Both the position numbers and the translations under genes were made by a program. This document shows, piece after piece, positions 51,260-62,840 of a stretch of 64,000 bases of DNA; within the stretch, counting starts at the first letter, position 1, and each line of letters begins with the position of its first letter. Origin of the DNA: Mytilus californianus (Eukaryota); contig NW_026262745.1 in NCBI RefSeq assembly GCF_021869535.1, positions 35,836,001-35,900,000 of the forward strand, in the 5' to 3' direction. The notes under the pieces were generated by a model that saw nothing but the letters and a program-made list of their open reading frames with translations, did not search any database and was not told the DNA's origin.

Positions 51260-53198
51260 CTTCGTATTTAGACTTGTATCTTGAAGTCCTTGTTATCCAC
51301 TTTTCTTGGAGTCCATATGGCAGTTTTTCTACAATTGGATTTATCCCGGACGAAGAGTCGAAATAAGCTAGCAAACATCCCAGCTTGGGATTTTCTTTGT
51401 GATACTCTATTTCTGAGATAATATCTGACAAATCGTACAGGAGTGAGTTGTCTTTATTTGTCAGTGTTGGAAAGTTGGCAAGTTTGTTGACGAGAGACGC
51501 CTCCAACATTATTGGAGAACCATATCGGTCGTTTAGTCTCTCCCATAGTCTGTGTAGGCCCCTTGTTGGGTTGTTGGCATTTGATGCCCTTATACTCATG
51601 GCATGTTTGGCAGACTCTGGTCCAAACCATTTAATAAGTAGGTGTATTTGTTCCGAGTCTGAAACTTGTAATTCATCTATGACGTTTTTAAAACTGGCTT
51701 TCCATGTATGAAAGGATTCTGCCTGGTCGTTAAAGCTTGTAAGCCGGGAGAACAGCAGGTCCTTGCGTAGGAGAAATCTGGTTATCTCTAACGTAGGATT
51801 GATTTGTTGCAGGTGTGCAGAAGGGGTCTCTTCTATAACGCCTTGTTTTTTGTGTGAGACAGGGATCTCTTCTATAACGCCTTGTTTTTGTTGTGAGACA
51901 GGGATCTTTGCTGAAACGCCCTGTTTTCCTATGCCAGTTACTGTTCCCAGATCTGGGAATACATTAACTTCTGCTGACTTAGCATGTGCAGGTAAGACAG
52001 CAGGTGTCTGTGACGGCAAGTTCAATGCCACGGATGGTACGAACTCAGGTGCTTCATGACTTAGCTTTACAGGAGTTTGTTTTCTCTTTAGAGGGCCTGT
52101 CACTTCCTGTTCGGCGGTTGGTACAGGATGTTTGTTTATGAAATCTTGCACACGCTGGAGCGGGTCTTCTGTTTCGTTAGGGAGATCGCTAAATGCTTGG
52201 CTGCCATCGTATTCCAGGATACGAGCCTCGGCTTCTGCGGCTGCAGCTTCTCTCTGTGCTTCGAGAAGGTTCAAATTGGCCTTTAGTTCAGCCTTTTCCC
52301 GGCGTACACGTGCAGCCTCTTGTTCTAGTTGAGCTTTTCTGCGAATGGCTTCTTGTTCAAGTTGAGCTTTCCTTTGTGCTGCCTCCTGTTCCATTTGAGT
52401 TTTCAGGTACGAGGCCTCTTGTTCTATTTGAACTTTTCTTTGTGCAGCCTCTTGTTCCATTTGAACTTTTCTATGTAAGGCTTCCTGTGTTGCTTGAATG
52501 GCTTGTTGCTCCATTTCAGCTTTGATTTCAGTTTGTCTGAACAGAGCCTGTTCCTCCAATAATGCCTCTTGTTTAATGATCAAAGCATGTTTTTCGGCAA
52601 AGGCTTTTTTTGACTTAGCAGCCTCTGCTTTGGCACGCTTCCTCCGTGCTAGGCTTGACATATCAAAAACATTGGAGCTTCCGCTGTGTGAGGTGTTCTT
52701 ACTCTTGGAAGTCCTCGTTTTAGTGGATTTAGCCGTTGTCAGGGCGAGGCGGTGCTCGTGTAATGTTTCCATGACCAGGTCCACTTTGGACAGACGAATA
52801 TCTGTTGAAAGGTTACATGTATCAATGTCTTTAAGACTATTCAACGTTTTGGTATTCTTCAGAAATATCAGGTACTCGTCTATGAGCCTGCGATAATTAG
52901 TACAGGCGTGTAAGATTTTGTCCTGTGCTGTTAGCAATTGCTGCAGCTCGCTAGGAGGCGTGGCCACTTCCTATAACTGGAATTCAATACTTGACCAGAG
53001 AGCCTCTAGTTCTTGATATAACTTGTCACGTTTTTCGGTGTATGCTCCTTTACCTTTATCCGTGAGTTCACGTACTCGCCTAGTCTCGGGATTATCATCT
53101 AAATGCGTGATATTAGATGGATTTTCTAATAGTTCCCCAGAAACATCTCCCTCTGGGGGTTGAACCTCATCTTGCTGTTCCACGTGACTGGGATGCAT
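51177..53198 (-). CDS. BEL/Pao Gag, N-terminal part (one in-frame TAG at 52971-52973)
   Basis: The 75-aa and 596-aa ORFs are in the same frame; coiled-coil EQEA repeats; LLFSRLTSFND..FHTWK..LWERLNDRYGS..INPIVEKLPYGLQEKW. Confidence 0.8.
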
Positions 53199-53445
53199 GA
53201 TGGCTCAACGTTGTTGGGTTGCTGCTTGTACACACAAGTTATGTTGCGTACTGTCGATGTAACAGGTACGAGCGATGCTACGTTGTCGTTCCTTGTCTGG
53301 ATATGTATAGACAGGTTGTCGTCAATTTACTGTACGTCAAGGGGTGACGCGTTCTTGCAGGGCTAAACAGGCAGGTTGTAGCTGTAGAACTGACGTGGAG
53401 TGGCGTTATCTGTGAGACACAACAGGCAAGTTGTAGACTTTTTAC

Positions 53446-54004
53446 TGTAATGGCCTGACCATTAAGTATAACCGACGATTGGGCTCAAGTAGAAAAGACT
53501 ATCAGGTGCTGATACTTTAATTATGAACCAATCTGACATATGGTAAAAAGCTGAAATACAAAATAAAATACAAATTTACAATGTGTAGAATTAATGTTAA
53601 GATGAACGAAATGTCAAATATAATTGAAAGCACAGTCCGTTTAATGCGAGAAAATGTTGTACTTCCTAGAACGGTTAAGTTTCCAGTATTTCACGGAGAA
53701 AAGGTTCAAATATACGAAGAGCAATTTGAAGGCTTCAAATACAATGTTATATAATTAACTCACTCTGTGGTTAGCCACAAATTGTGTCCAAGATGACGTC
53801 TCTACCAAATATTCCTTGTGATCGTAATGACCTTGCAGTTTTCCTGTAACGGATACGTGTGAGAAAGGGAAAGGTAGCGATGATACGATGTTTTAATGTT
53901 CTTATCAGGTTAAAGATGAATAATCCTCCTAGACTGGAAAACATAAACAGATTAAGAATATAATCAAACGAGCTATATAAATTGAGGAAAGGCGTAACAG
54001 AATA
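53446..54004 (-). repeat. 5' LTR (559 bp)
   Basis: Differs from the 3' LTR by 5 substitutions and one 2-bp indel; minus-strand ends TATTC...TTACA; followed by GTAAAAAG rather than a TGG-type PBS. Confidence 0.93.
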
Positions 54005-55904
54005 TCAGTACTGCATACTTTATGTATTAATTAATTTATTATTCAATTTTGTTTATTTATTTAACTTACATGTACATGCACATTGCAATATTTATATAAT
54101 CTGGCATGATGTATGTACTGTACGAGGACACATTACATATCTTTACGGTTACAGTATGACTACAAATCTTTCAAATTATAACTGCCCTACCTGAATAATA
54201 ATCTAGATGTAGTATACAATCTATTCGAAATAAACGTCAACCAGAAACACTCCTATTCCACATTATTTGATATAGTTTTGTTTTGATCGTATAAAGAAGG
54301 TATAGAATCAAGGCTTCCTCATCTTAAAAGTGGAGTCATTCTTTCGATAGTTTTATTTACGCCATTAATTTGAACTACCGTTATGGAATACATGTTTAAC
54401 ACATGGCCGCTGATGAGCAACACTATTTTCCTCGATTGTAACATCACCGAATGCGACTTGTATCATAATTTTACTTCTAATGAGTGACATGACAGGTGCC
54501 ACAAGTGGAGCGGAAACTTCCTATCCTCCATGACCATATGAGATCAAAAAAGGTAGTTGTTGGATCGTGTTACACACTATTCAGCGTTCAATGGTTTGTT
54601 GACTTGTTTTTTTGTTCTTTAGTCTATAGTTTTGTCTGCCTGTCTTTTACCTATATTTCTTGTTTTAAAAACTGAACAGCCATATTTCTAAAACAATCAA
54701 GTTATGGGAATTTGAGAAAGGCTATGACCCCAGCTCACTAACAACAGTCTGGTGTATATAGTCCTCAGATATGTATTAGAAAAGTCCTTACTTAATCATA
54801 TAGCGGTATATTGATTTTTCTTGTTTATGTAATAACCTTGATTACATTTAGAACAGTTTGTCTGGTAAACACATGTTGTCTGGTTATTAAAGTGCCTCTA
54901 ATCTTTTCTCTTCCTATGTTTAGCCGCGAGATGTCGACAGCCTTCATCAGAATACGATTTTAAATACCTTGAACTCAGGGAAGTTTTAACAGTTCAGTCT
55001 TCAATGATAAAGTAATCAAATATGACGCAATTGTGACAGTGAACATTTACTTCTGGCAAATTACAATGTACTCTTAAACTCTTGAAAAATATATATCATA
55101 ATATTATTTAGTTAATTTTCAATAATCTATTTTGTTGGGGATATATATATAAATTGTTGTTTTGCTTTTATATCTATATTCATATTTTTGGAAATTCTAA
55201 TTTAATCTTATTTACATTTTGAATTATATTTCTGTTGTTAATAAACATACTTTTTATAATTTTGTTTAGCTTACAGATGTAATTTGACTAATACTTTTCA
55301 TAAACTATGATTAACAAGTTTTGATGTCTAATCATCACATGAAGACAACCGTATAATATATCAACTGATATTTATGATTAATATTGACGAGTAATAACAT
55401 CCCCTTACTTTCAAAATTGCATTGTGGTTTAGCAGTTGATAAGTCCTTTCAAACACGTTTAAGTCTCTTAAAAAGCTCAGGACAGGTCTCGTCTAACTGA
55501 ATACCCCCTGCCCAAATATAACTTCCGTTTTAACTGCCATAAAACATAGTTTGGGAATTTGTTTATTATTTCATGAAATTTCCAAATTATCTTTAGGTGA
55601 GCGTACTAATTAGTTTCATACTTGCGAAATGAATACATTTGTAAATTTTGATATATCGAGCCCCTTTTTATTCTTTATTGTATAAGCTATGTTTTAAGAA
55701 AAGTGTTTTCAAAAAGGTTCAAAAATAGATAGATAAATGTTCAATTATACACACGATGTTTTAAAAAACACATACAAAGATCGTATGATAAAAAAAAGTA
55801 TTAACAAAAATACGGAACTCTTAGGTAAATTCAGAAAAGGGGGGGGGGGGGGGGGGGAAAGCCCCTAAAAATTGACAACATCAAACGTTAGACTTCATCA
55901 ATCA

Positions 55905-56040
55905 ACGGAACGAATAGAAAATAACTGTCATATTCCTGACTTGGTGCCGGAATGGTGATTTAAACATGGTTTTATAGCTAGCAAAACCTCCCACTTGTTT
56001 GACAGTTGTAATAGTTCTGTTACATTGACAAAATCGGGTG
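55905..56040 (-). mobile_element. Family A subfamily fragment (inverted homolog at 63015-63170)
   Basis: ATTTTGTCAATGT.AC.GAACTAT..AAGTG.GAGGTTT.GCTAGCTAT.AAACCA..CCAAGT.AGGAATATGACAGTT in both copies. Confidence 0.65.
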
Positions 56041-58159
56041 AGCAACCCAAACAGACATAATGGATTAATGGGACAATAATTGAGATCCAGCAGCCAATAA
56101 TTTGCATCCATACATTAAAAAGCTTTTGTTTTAAACTTTTAGACATTTTGAGAATTAATGAGCTTTAGTTTGTTATCAGGTATGTTTGTTAATGTCACCA
56201 CATGTGTGCATGATAAAATCTCCTTAAAATGTCAAATACATTAACAAGAGCATTAAACACGTTTTCTTAAAATACTGGGAATGCACAGACCGTACCTAAT
56301 ATTTCCTCCTACCTAATGAAATAAAAAGTCAACCACATTAAAATAAGTATATTTACTAAAAACTACATATATACCCAGTTGCAGCTATACGTCTGCTTGA
56401 AACCAATAAAAGAGTCATCAGTAGGAACAGACGTTCAAATCTCGTTAACATATACGAATACACAAACTTGAAGAGAATACCAAAAAGAATCGTAACGAAG
56501 CGGAATAACATCTCCTAATATGTATGCATTACCAAATTTGGTAATCCAAAATTTTACAAGTTAACGTATGTTTTGATCGATACAACATGTTTACCTGGAG
56601 TTTGACTTTCTAGATCATTCCAACATATTTGCATTGGTGTGGGTAGATATGTTGGCTCGATATAAACATACGTAAACCTGTGTGGATTTTGCATTATGTC
56701 AACAGTCTTCACTTGGGCTCAGTCATGTTTGATGTATCCAAATATACGTATACCGGTGTCTATGTAAATTTGTTTGATGTGGCAAACAGCAATACGTACA
56801 AATGAACGATGCATTAAATGTATATGTTAATAAAGAATTATCAAACTGGTTTAATGTTTTCGTTTCGTGCTTTGAAAAGTACTTTATTTGAACCTTCACA
56901 TTGTTTTTAAACGTAAATGCACTGATAAATATCATTTCAAGTCATATGAATTGGTTAATGCACTCGGTAAAACCTGTACCGCACTCGAAAAAATCATCAC
57001 TGCTCTCGAAAAAACCCGGACATATAAAAATTAATTTATTTTCAAGATATCCTTCTCAATGTAATACAAAAAAATTGTGTAAAATGTCTATACATTAAGT
57101 ATAAATAAATTCCATGTATTCATTTCCTTTCACATTTACATTGGTGTGTTCAAACATAATTTTATTCTATGTTTTGGAATAAAAGCATTGTAAAGCTGCA
57201 TTAAACTTTTTTAATACAAAATAATGTAGGGTTGATAATATGTTTTTATCACACATACTAACTTACCTTGTATGATGTTGTATATTAAGTTCAAGCATGC
57301 ATTTCATATATAACCAGAAAGGACGTCTGTTTGTTTTAATTTTTTATCATATTCACTCGGAAAAACGTGGTCACACTCGAAACTACTCGATCATATCACT
57401 CGAAAAAAATGATCCCAGCCGGATGCTTTACCTTCTTTGTTACTAATTAGAGTTTTCTGATCTCTTTTATCTATATTGAAATAATTTACGAACGTGGACG
57501 AATTTCAATGGTGAACACTTTAGTTGATTGTTGATTGATATCTATTGGGTCCTTCATCTGACAATTATATTCTTAATCATCTGACAATTATATTTTTTTA
57601 CTACAGACTGTGTGAATAAGGTCTTGCTGCAATCTTCAAATGAACATGAACGAAATATGTTGAAGTAGTACGTTCTCTTTTTAACGTTTCGTTATTAATG
57701 ATAAATTTATGATGCTTAATCATTGATATATATATTTTTTTTGTGTGTATGAAAAACGAGAATAACACGAGGTCTGTCATGATAATCCAAGATATATTCC
57801 TAAAAACATATCTATCAGACCATGATCCTTGAGTAACATGTATAAGACAAGCTAGAAATCAAATACACAGTACACCTTTGCATAATTCATTTGTGAGCAT
57901 AAAAACGAAATAAGTTCACAAACATTACAAAAAAACTATATTTCACTGAGAGAGTCTATACTTTTGTTTAATTAGTTAAATAACTATTGTCGTTTATTTC
58001 GTAATTACTACGTACCGCCATGAGATTATACTCGGTAACACAAATTTTACCAGTAGAAATTGGAAGCTTTATGATTAAAGCTTCTAATTTGAAAGTACAT
58101 GTTACTTTCAAAAATAACCATTGTATGTTTGCGATGAAAGTAATAGAAGCCATACGCAC

Positions 58160-58370
58160 TAGCCCAGTAGTCAGTACGTCTGTTTTGAAATGAATTATCA
58201 TTGATATGGTCATAATTATAAATTTTGAATCACCATTGCTCTTAAACTTCGTACTTTATTTGGCCCTTTTAACTTTTTTAATTCGATCGTTACTGATTAG
58301 TTTTTGCAGACGAAACGGGAGTCTGGCGTAAACAAATGTTAAGCCTAGTATCTTTGATAAGTTTATTCAT
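58160..58370 (+). mobile_element. Retrozyme family 1 fragment with degenerate hammerhead (about 58287-58329)
   Basis: AGCCCAGTAGTCAG..GAATTATCATTGATATGGTCA..CTGATTAGTTTTTGCAGACGAAACGGGAGTCTGGCGTA. Confidence 0.7.
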
Positions 58371-58719
58371 AAATCATTTAAAGGCATAGAAAAAAAAGGT
58401 TAAGAACAGGAGCCTACGCAAAGCCAATTTGTTTAAGTTTCAAGTACAATTACCTGATTCTCTGATTCAGCAAGTCAAAAGCACGATTAATACCGACTAA
58501 ACTATTCGACAAACACATTCGTGTAAACGTCAGAAAAGGTTTTTTATACACTTTTAATCGTTTGCTTTTTTCATCAACAACAAATTGATCGACTCAACGT
58601 TTTTAATTTTTTTTTATGTTTTTTTATTTCAAATTTACAGACCACTTCCTCACCACCAAATGACTCCTCAGAAACCGACTTGCAAACAAACACACAAAAT
58701 AATACCTTGTAATTTTGTA

Positions 58720-58957
58720 AATGACGTTGGTCGCTGTCTGACATATTTGGTTTTGGTTTATTGTTGTGCATGCCGTTGGTTTTATCGTTTGAATTGTTTT
58801 ATATTTTGTCATGTTGGAACTTTATATAGCTTACTATGGATTTAAATGGGTTTTATTTTGCCCAGCGTTGATGGTTACCATAACTTGTTAACATAAACGT
58901 CATTTCGTCTGTGGTAGATAGTTGTCCTATAGGCAATCATATCACATCCAATTTTTC
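58720..58957 (+). mobile_element. Diverged family A 3' end
   Basis: GATAGTTGTCCTATAGGCAATCATATCACATCC terminus and degenerate internal motifs. Confidence 0.5.
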
Positions 58958-61934
58958 ACGGTACACATACAATTTATATAACATGTTTAATATTGAAGTT
59001 CTTTTTATCAAGGGAAGGTAAATTAAATGCATTAAATATTCCAGTCATTTACTTCCGACTTTTATAATTATTTCATATAAAAGTATCGCCTTTAACCGGA
59101 ACAACTAATACACGCATTATGCCTGACAATATTGGCCTTGAGATTTATGCATTTCTACAAACAAATTGAAATTCGTCAGTTCATAACAGGATGTAATTTT
59201 TTTCAACAGCAAACGACTGGTTAATACAGACATATGCTGCTTGGTTAAAAATCCGTTCAATCTTATAAATACTACATGTGCACATCAAAGTTGTTCATAT
59301 CTTATTTCAACGAGTACATCAGAGAGAGCAGGATGGCTCAAAATTACCAGGTAAGATTTCAATGCAATATTATGTATACAGTTATTAGTCTTTTCTTTAA
59401 TTATTGTGCATATTTATCATGTTTACGATAATGGTTGTTCAGTAAATCATTTTACATATTTGTTCATATATTTTCAAAATTAACAACCAAATAAATTCAA
59501 AACATAAAGGGATTTAAACATATGATTTCATTTTTGTTAACAAAACTGTTTTTGTGGCCTCTAATTAACAATCGAAAGCCATTCATCTTAGGTGTGCTGG
59601 AAGGACCAATATTCTTTCGAGAGGCGCTCATCGTTTTGTTCATAGCTATTAAAATATATCTTGTAATAATTCGTAATTCATTGCATCGCAAACGAGATTG
59701 TGGCTATAGATAGTACAATTTATCTGTGTTTATATGTGTTTATTTGTGGCGTAGCGGCCACCAAATCCATTGGTGTGTTGGTAAAATGTTCGAAACGGTT
59801 ATTTATACCTTATAAGTAATTGTCGCTGATATTGCACCTAAAAATGGGATTTGATTATCTTTCCATATTTCCTTGGAGTTCGTCTTTTTGTATGTTATTT
59901 TACTTTGTTTTTCTTTCATAACTCTTAGGAGTGTTTTGCCTGATCTTAATGCATTTTAATCCGAAAGGTAGGAGATACAAAGAGGTGATAAATACATTTT
60001 GTAATTGTTGTCATATGTGGTAAGGTGCCGTTTAACAATGTCAAAAACAAATTAAATTCAATAAAAATGTTATACATATTATGTATGATTAGCATAAAGG
60101 AAGAATATATGTATCTGGTATAAAGTATGTAAAGCAATGCAACATAAATCGACAAAACGGTTCGGTTATTTCTTAGGCAAAAAAAGAAATTTCAGCTTTC
60201 AAATTGTGACCGTTTCATTTGAATATAGCATAAATCCTGAAGCACCTGCATCTACGGCCCATAAACAACAACTTACCTAATCACACTCATATGCATATGG
60301 TCTGAACATATGAGTACGTGAAACATTTGAAAACGTTCCAAATACTCAATGTTATAGTTGTTAAACATACTCCTCCCATTTTACTTGATACGTAATAAAT
60401 ATAGATGTTTGACTAATGCCTTAAGTGTAAAAGAAAATTGCTTATTTTATCGGTCAATGTGTTGTTTAAATTTACTTTGAATTAGTTATAATATTCTTTG
60501 ATTATTCCTGTTGCCTGTAACGCGTGTTTATGTGGATATACCATTGTTCAAGAACAAAAATAGGCCTTAATCAGTTAGAATGACAATTGATCCAAAGTTA
60601 ACTAAAATGGTTTTGAAGTTATACTTAAAAACAGAAAAATATATATTTCTATTGTATGTTTATATAATAATTTCAATATTAGGGCTTTACAATAAATGCA
60701 AACTGATAAATAATGCTAGAAGGCAATGATCGGAAATAAACAATAATGAATGCGGTTGGTTGAGAAATGAAATAGTTTTATGAAAAGTATAAATTAATGC
60801 ATTTTCAAAGAATGAGCTCATATTTTTAATTCGAAGACAATCTAAGTTTGACTGTCAGATGGTGTGGTAATAAAGTGTTGAGTTGACACGATCGAGTCTT
60901 GCTAATCATAAAAATAAATAAGAACAAAATATGTCTGACTCAACTATGCATATAACTTCAAATAATAGTATTCCCATATATATTTCACGAATGTTTATTA
61001 TTTACAGCTATGTCTGTTAGTTTTGATTGTGGTATTCCTATCTCAAAGTGCTTGCTTTGCACTGTTCGTACCGGGACCAGACACGTCAGAACAATTTTTT
61101 GTTATTGAAGGCCTTGGAGATGGAGGTAATTGAATGTTGATTTCATACATGATTATGAACATTGAATATTACACATTCATGTGAATAATGATAAATATGA
61201 TTATCAATAGTATGATGTTTTATCCTCGTCTTTTATGAAGATTATATGAGTGCGTTCAAAGACTGCTTAACATAATTTGCTGTGAGAAATAAGGCAACTT
61301 CCATGCCTTTCACGCATAAGATATAAATTATTTTTAAATGCAGCATAGGGACGCATGATAAATACAAATGGATACTATTTATGTTTTGATATTTTAAAAT
61401 ATTTTGAAATTACAATATTTTTGTTTTATTTTTCTAAACGTTTTCCTTCTCACCTATGTAATAAAAAATTGAAATAAATAAATATATTTATATGATAATA
61501 CATTCTTAATGACTAGAAGAATACAATGTTTTTGTTATATCAGTTGTTTGCGTTTTTTTTTTTTTTCTGTATATGCATTAATCGTATTACTATCGACATA
61601 ATGATAAGAATCTAACCTAATATCCTTGTTAAGGCAAATACAGTTCTAAACAACAGCGATTAATCGTATTATACAGCTTTCCGGTTCCTTCATTTTCCCA
61701 GTTTGCACCCGAAGTTAGTACCAAATTGAACAATCGTACTTCAGCTGTTGTTTCGAAATTAACCCTTTATAGGATTATAAACAAAAACTATTTACCATAA
61801 GATATATTCCGCTATTTGCCAGATGTTGTTTGTATTAAAACCTTTTTGTTATACATGTACCAATCTTGTCACGAACGATAAGTTTTATGTTTAAATATAT
61901 CTCATTTAAAAGTCTGTGTTTGAAATACATAGTG

Positions 61935-62840
61935 ATAAAATCAAATTGAGAATGGAAATGGGGAATGTGTCAAAGAGACAACAACCCGACCATAGAACAG
62001 ACAACAGCAGAAGGTCACCAACAGGTCTTCAATGCAGCGAGAAATTCCCGCACCCGGAGGCGTCCTTCAGCTGGCCCCTAAACAAATATATATATACTAG
62101 TTCAGTGATAATGAACGCCATACTAAACTCCAAATTGTACACAAGAAACTAAAATTAAAAATAATACTAACAAAGGCTAGAGGCTCCTGACTTGGGACAG
62201 GCGCAAAAATGCGGCGGGGTTAAACATGTTTATGAGATCTCAACCCTCCCCCTATACCTCTAGCCAATGTAGAAGAGTAAACGCATAACAATACGCACAT
62301 TAAAATTCAGTTCAAGAGAAGTCCGAGTCTGATGTCAGAAGATGTAACCAAAGAAAATAAACAAAATGACAATAATACATAAATAACAACAGACTACTAG
62401 CAGTTAACTGACATGCCAGCTCCAGACTTCAATTAAACTGATTGAAAGATTATGTCTTCGTCATATGAATATCAGGCACAATCCTTCCCGTTAGGGGTTT
62501 AGTATCATACCATCATAACATATATGAGAAGAACATAACCCGTGTCATGCCAACAACTGGTTTTTAAATAATTGTGTTAAGTGCCGATGCAAAGACCCTA
62601 TAAGTGAATCAATATTAACGCCAAAATATGCAATCTTTAATGACCTGACAACAGTATCGTAACTATATCCCTTCTTAATAAGTCTATTTAAAGGTTTTAT
62701 TAGCTTCAGAGGTGAATACTGACATTTTTGTGCTTTATAAAGAATATTTCCATAAAAAATTGGATGTGAAATACCTGAACGTAAAAGAAGTCTGCATGTT
62801 GAGCTATATTTACGAATGATGTCCTTATACATGATAAAAA
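61935..62840 (-). mobile_element. 5'-truncated Naiad-type Penelope-like element (RT C-terminus plus full 3' UTR)
   Basis: ORF 62545-62832 YKDIIRKY..ILYKAQK..KPLNRLIKKGYSYDTVVRSLKIAY, recognised as a PLE RT C-terminus with no downstream GIY-YIG; 3' UTR has AACCCCGCC / CCTGTCCCAAGTCAGGAGCCT and terminus GTTGTCTCTTTGACACATTCCCC. Confidence 0.75.
62462..62524 (-). promoter_or_regulatory. SECIS element (type II) in the retroelement 3' UTR
   Basis: AUGAU at 62516-62512; 11-bp helix II GGUAUGAUACU/AGGAUUGUGCC with one A.G mismatch; AAA; mini-stem CCC-CUAAC-GGG; 3' UGAU; helix I AUAUG/CAUAU. Confidence 0.75.

Larger units (their letters stand above)
48600..54004 (-). mobile_element. BEL/Pao LTR retrotransposon, internally deleted and recently inserted
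   Basis: Two ~558-bp LTRs; TSD TCAGT (48595-48599 and 54005-54009); PPT GGGGAG abutting the 3' LTR; Gag with three Cys/His knuckles; protease IDDQS motif; no RT. Confidence 0.93.

Noticed and set aside
56400-56760. Possible very old Naiad RT fragment on the minus strand (GDVIPLRYDSFWYS resembling GDVP..SYGVYIS)
   Set aside because: Similarity is too weak to support without a profile search
62415-62465. Alternative SECIS register starting at AUGACGAAGACAUAA
   Set aside because: Only about 4 bp of helix II can form; the register at 62462-62524 satisfies all criteria
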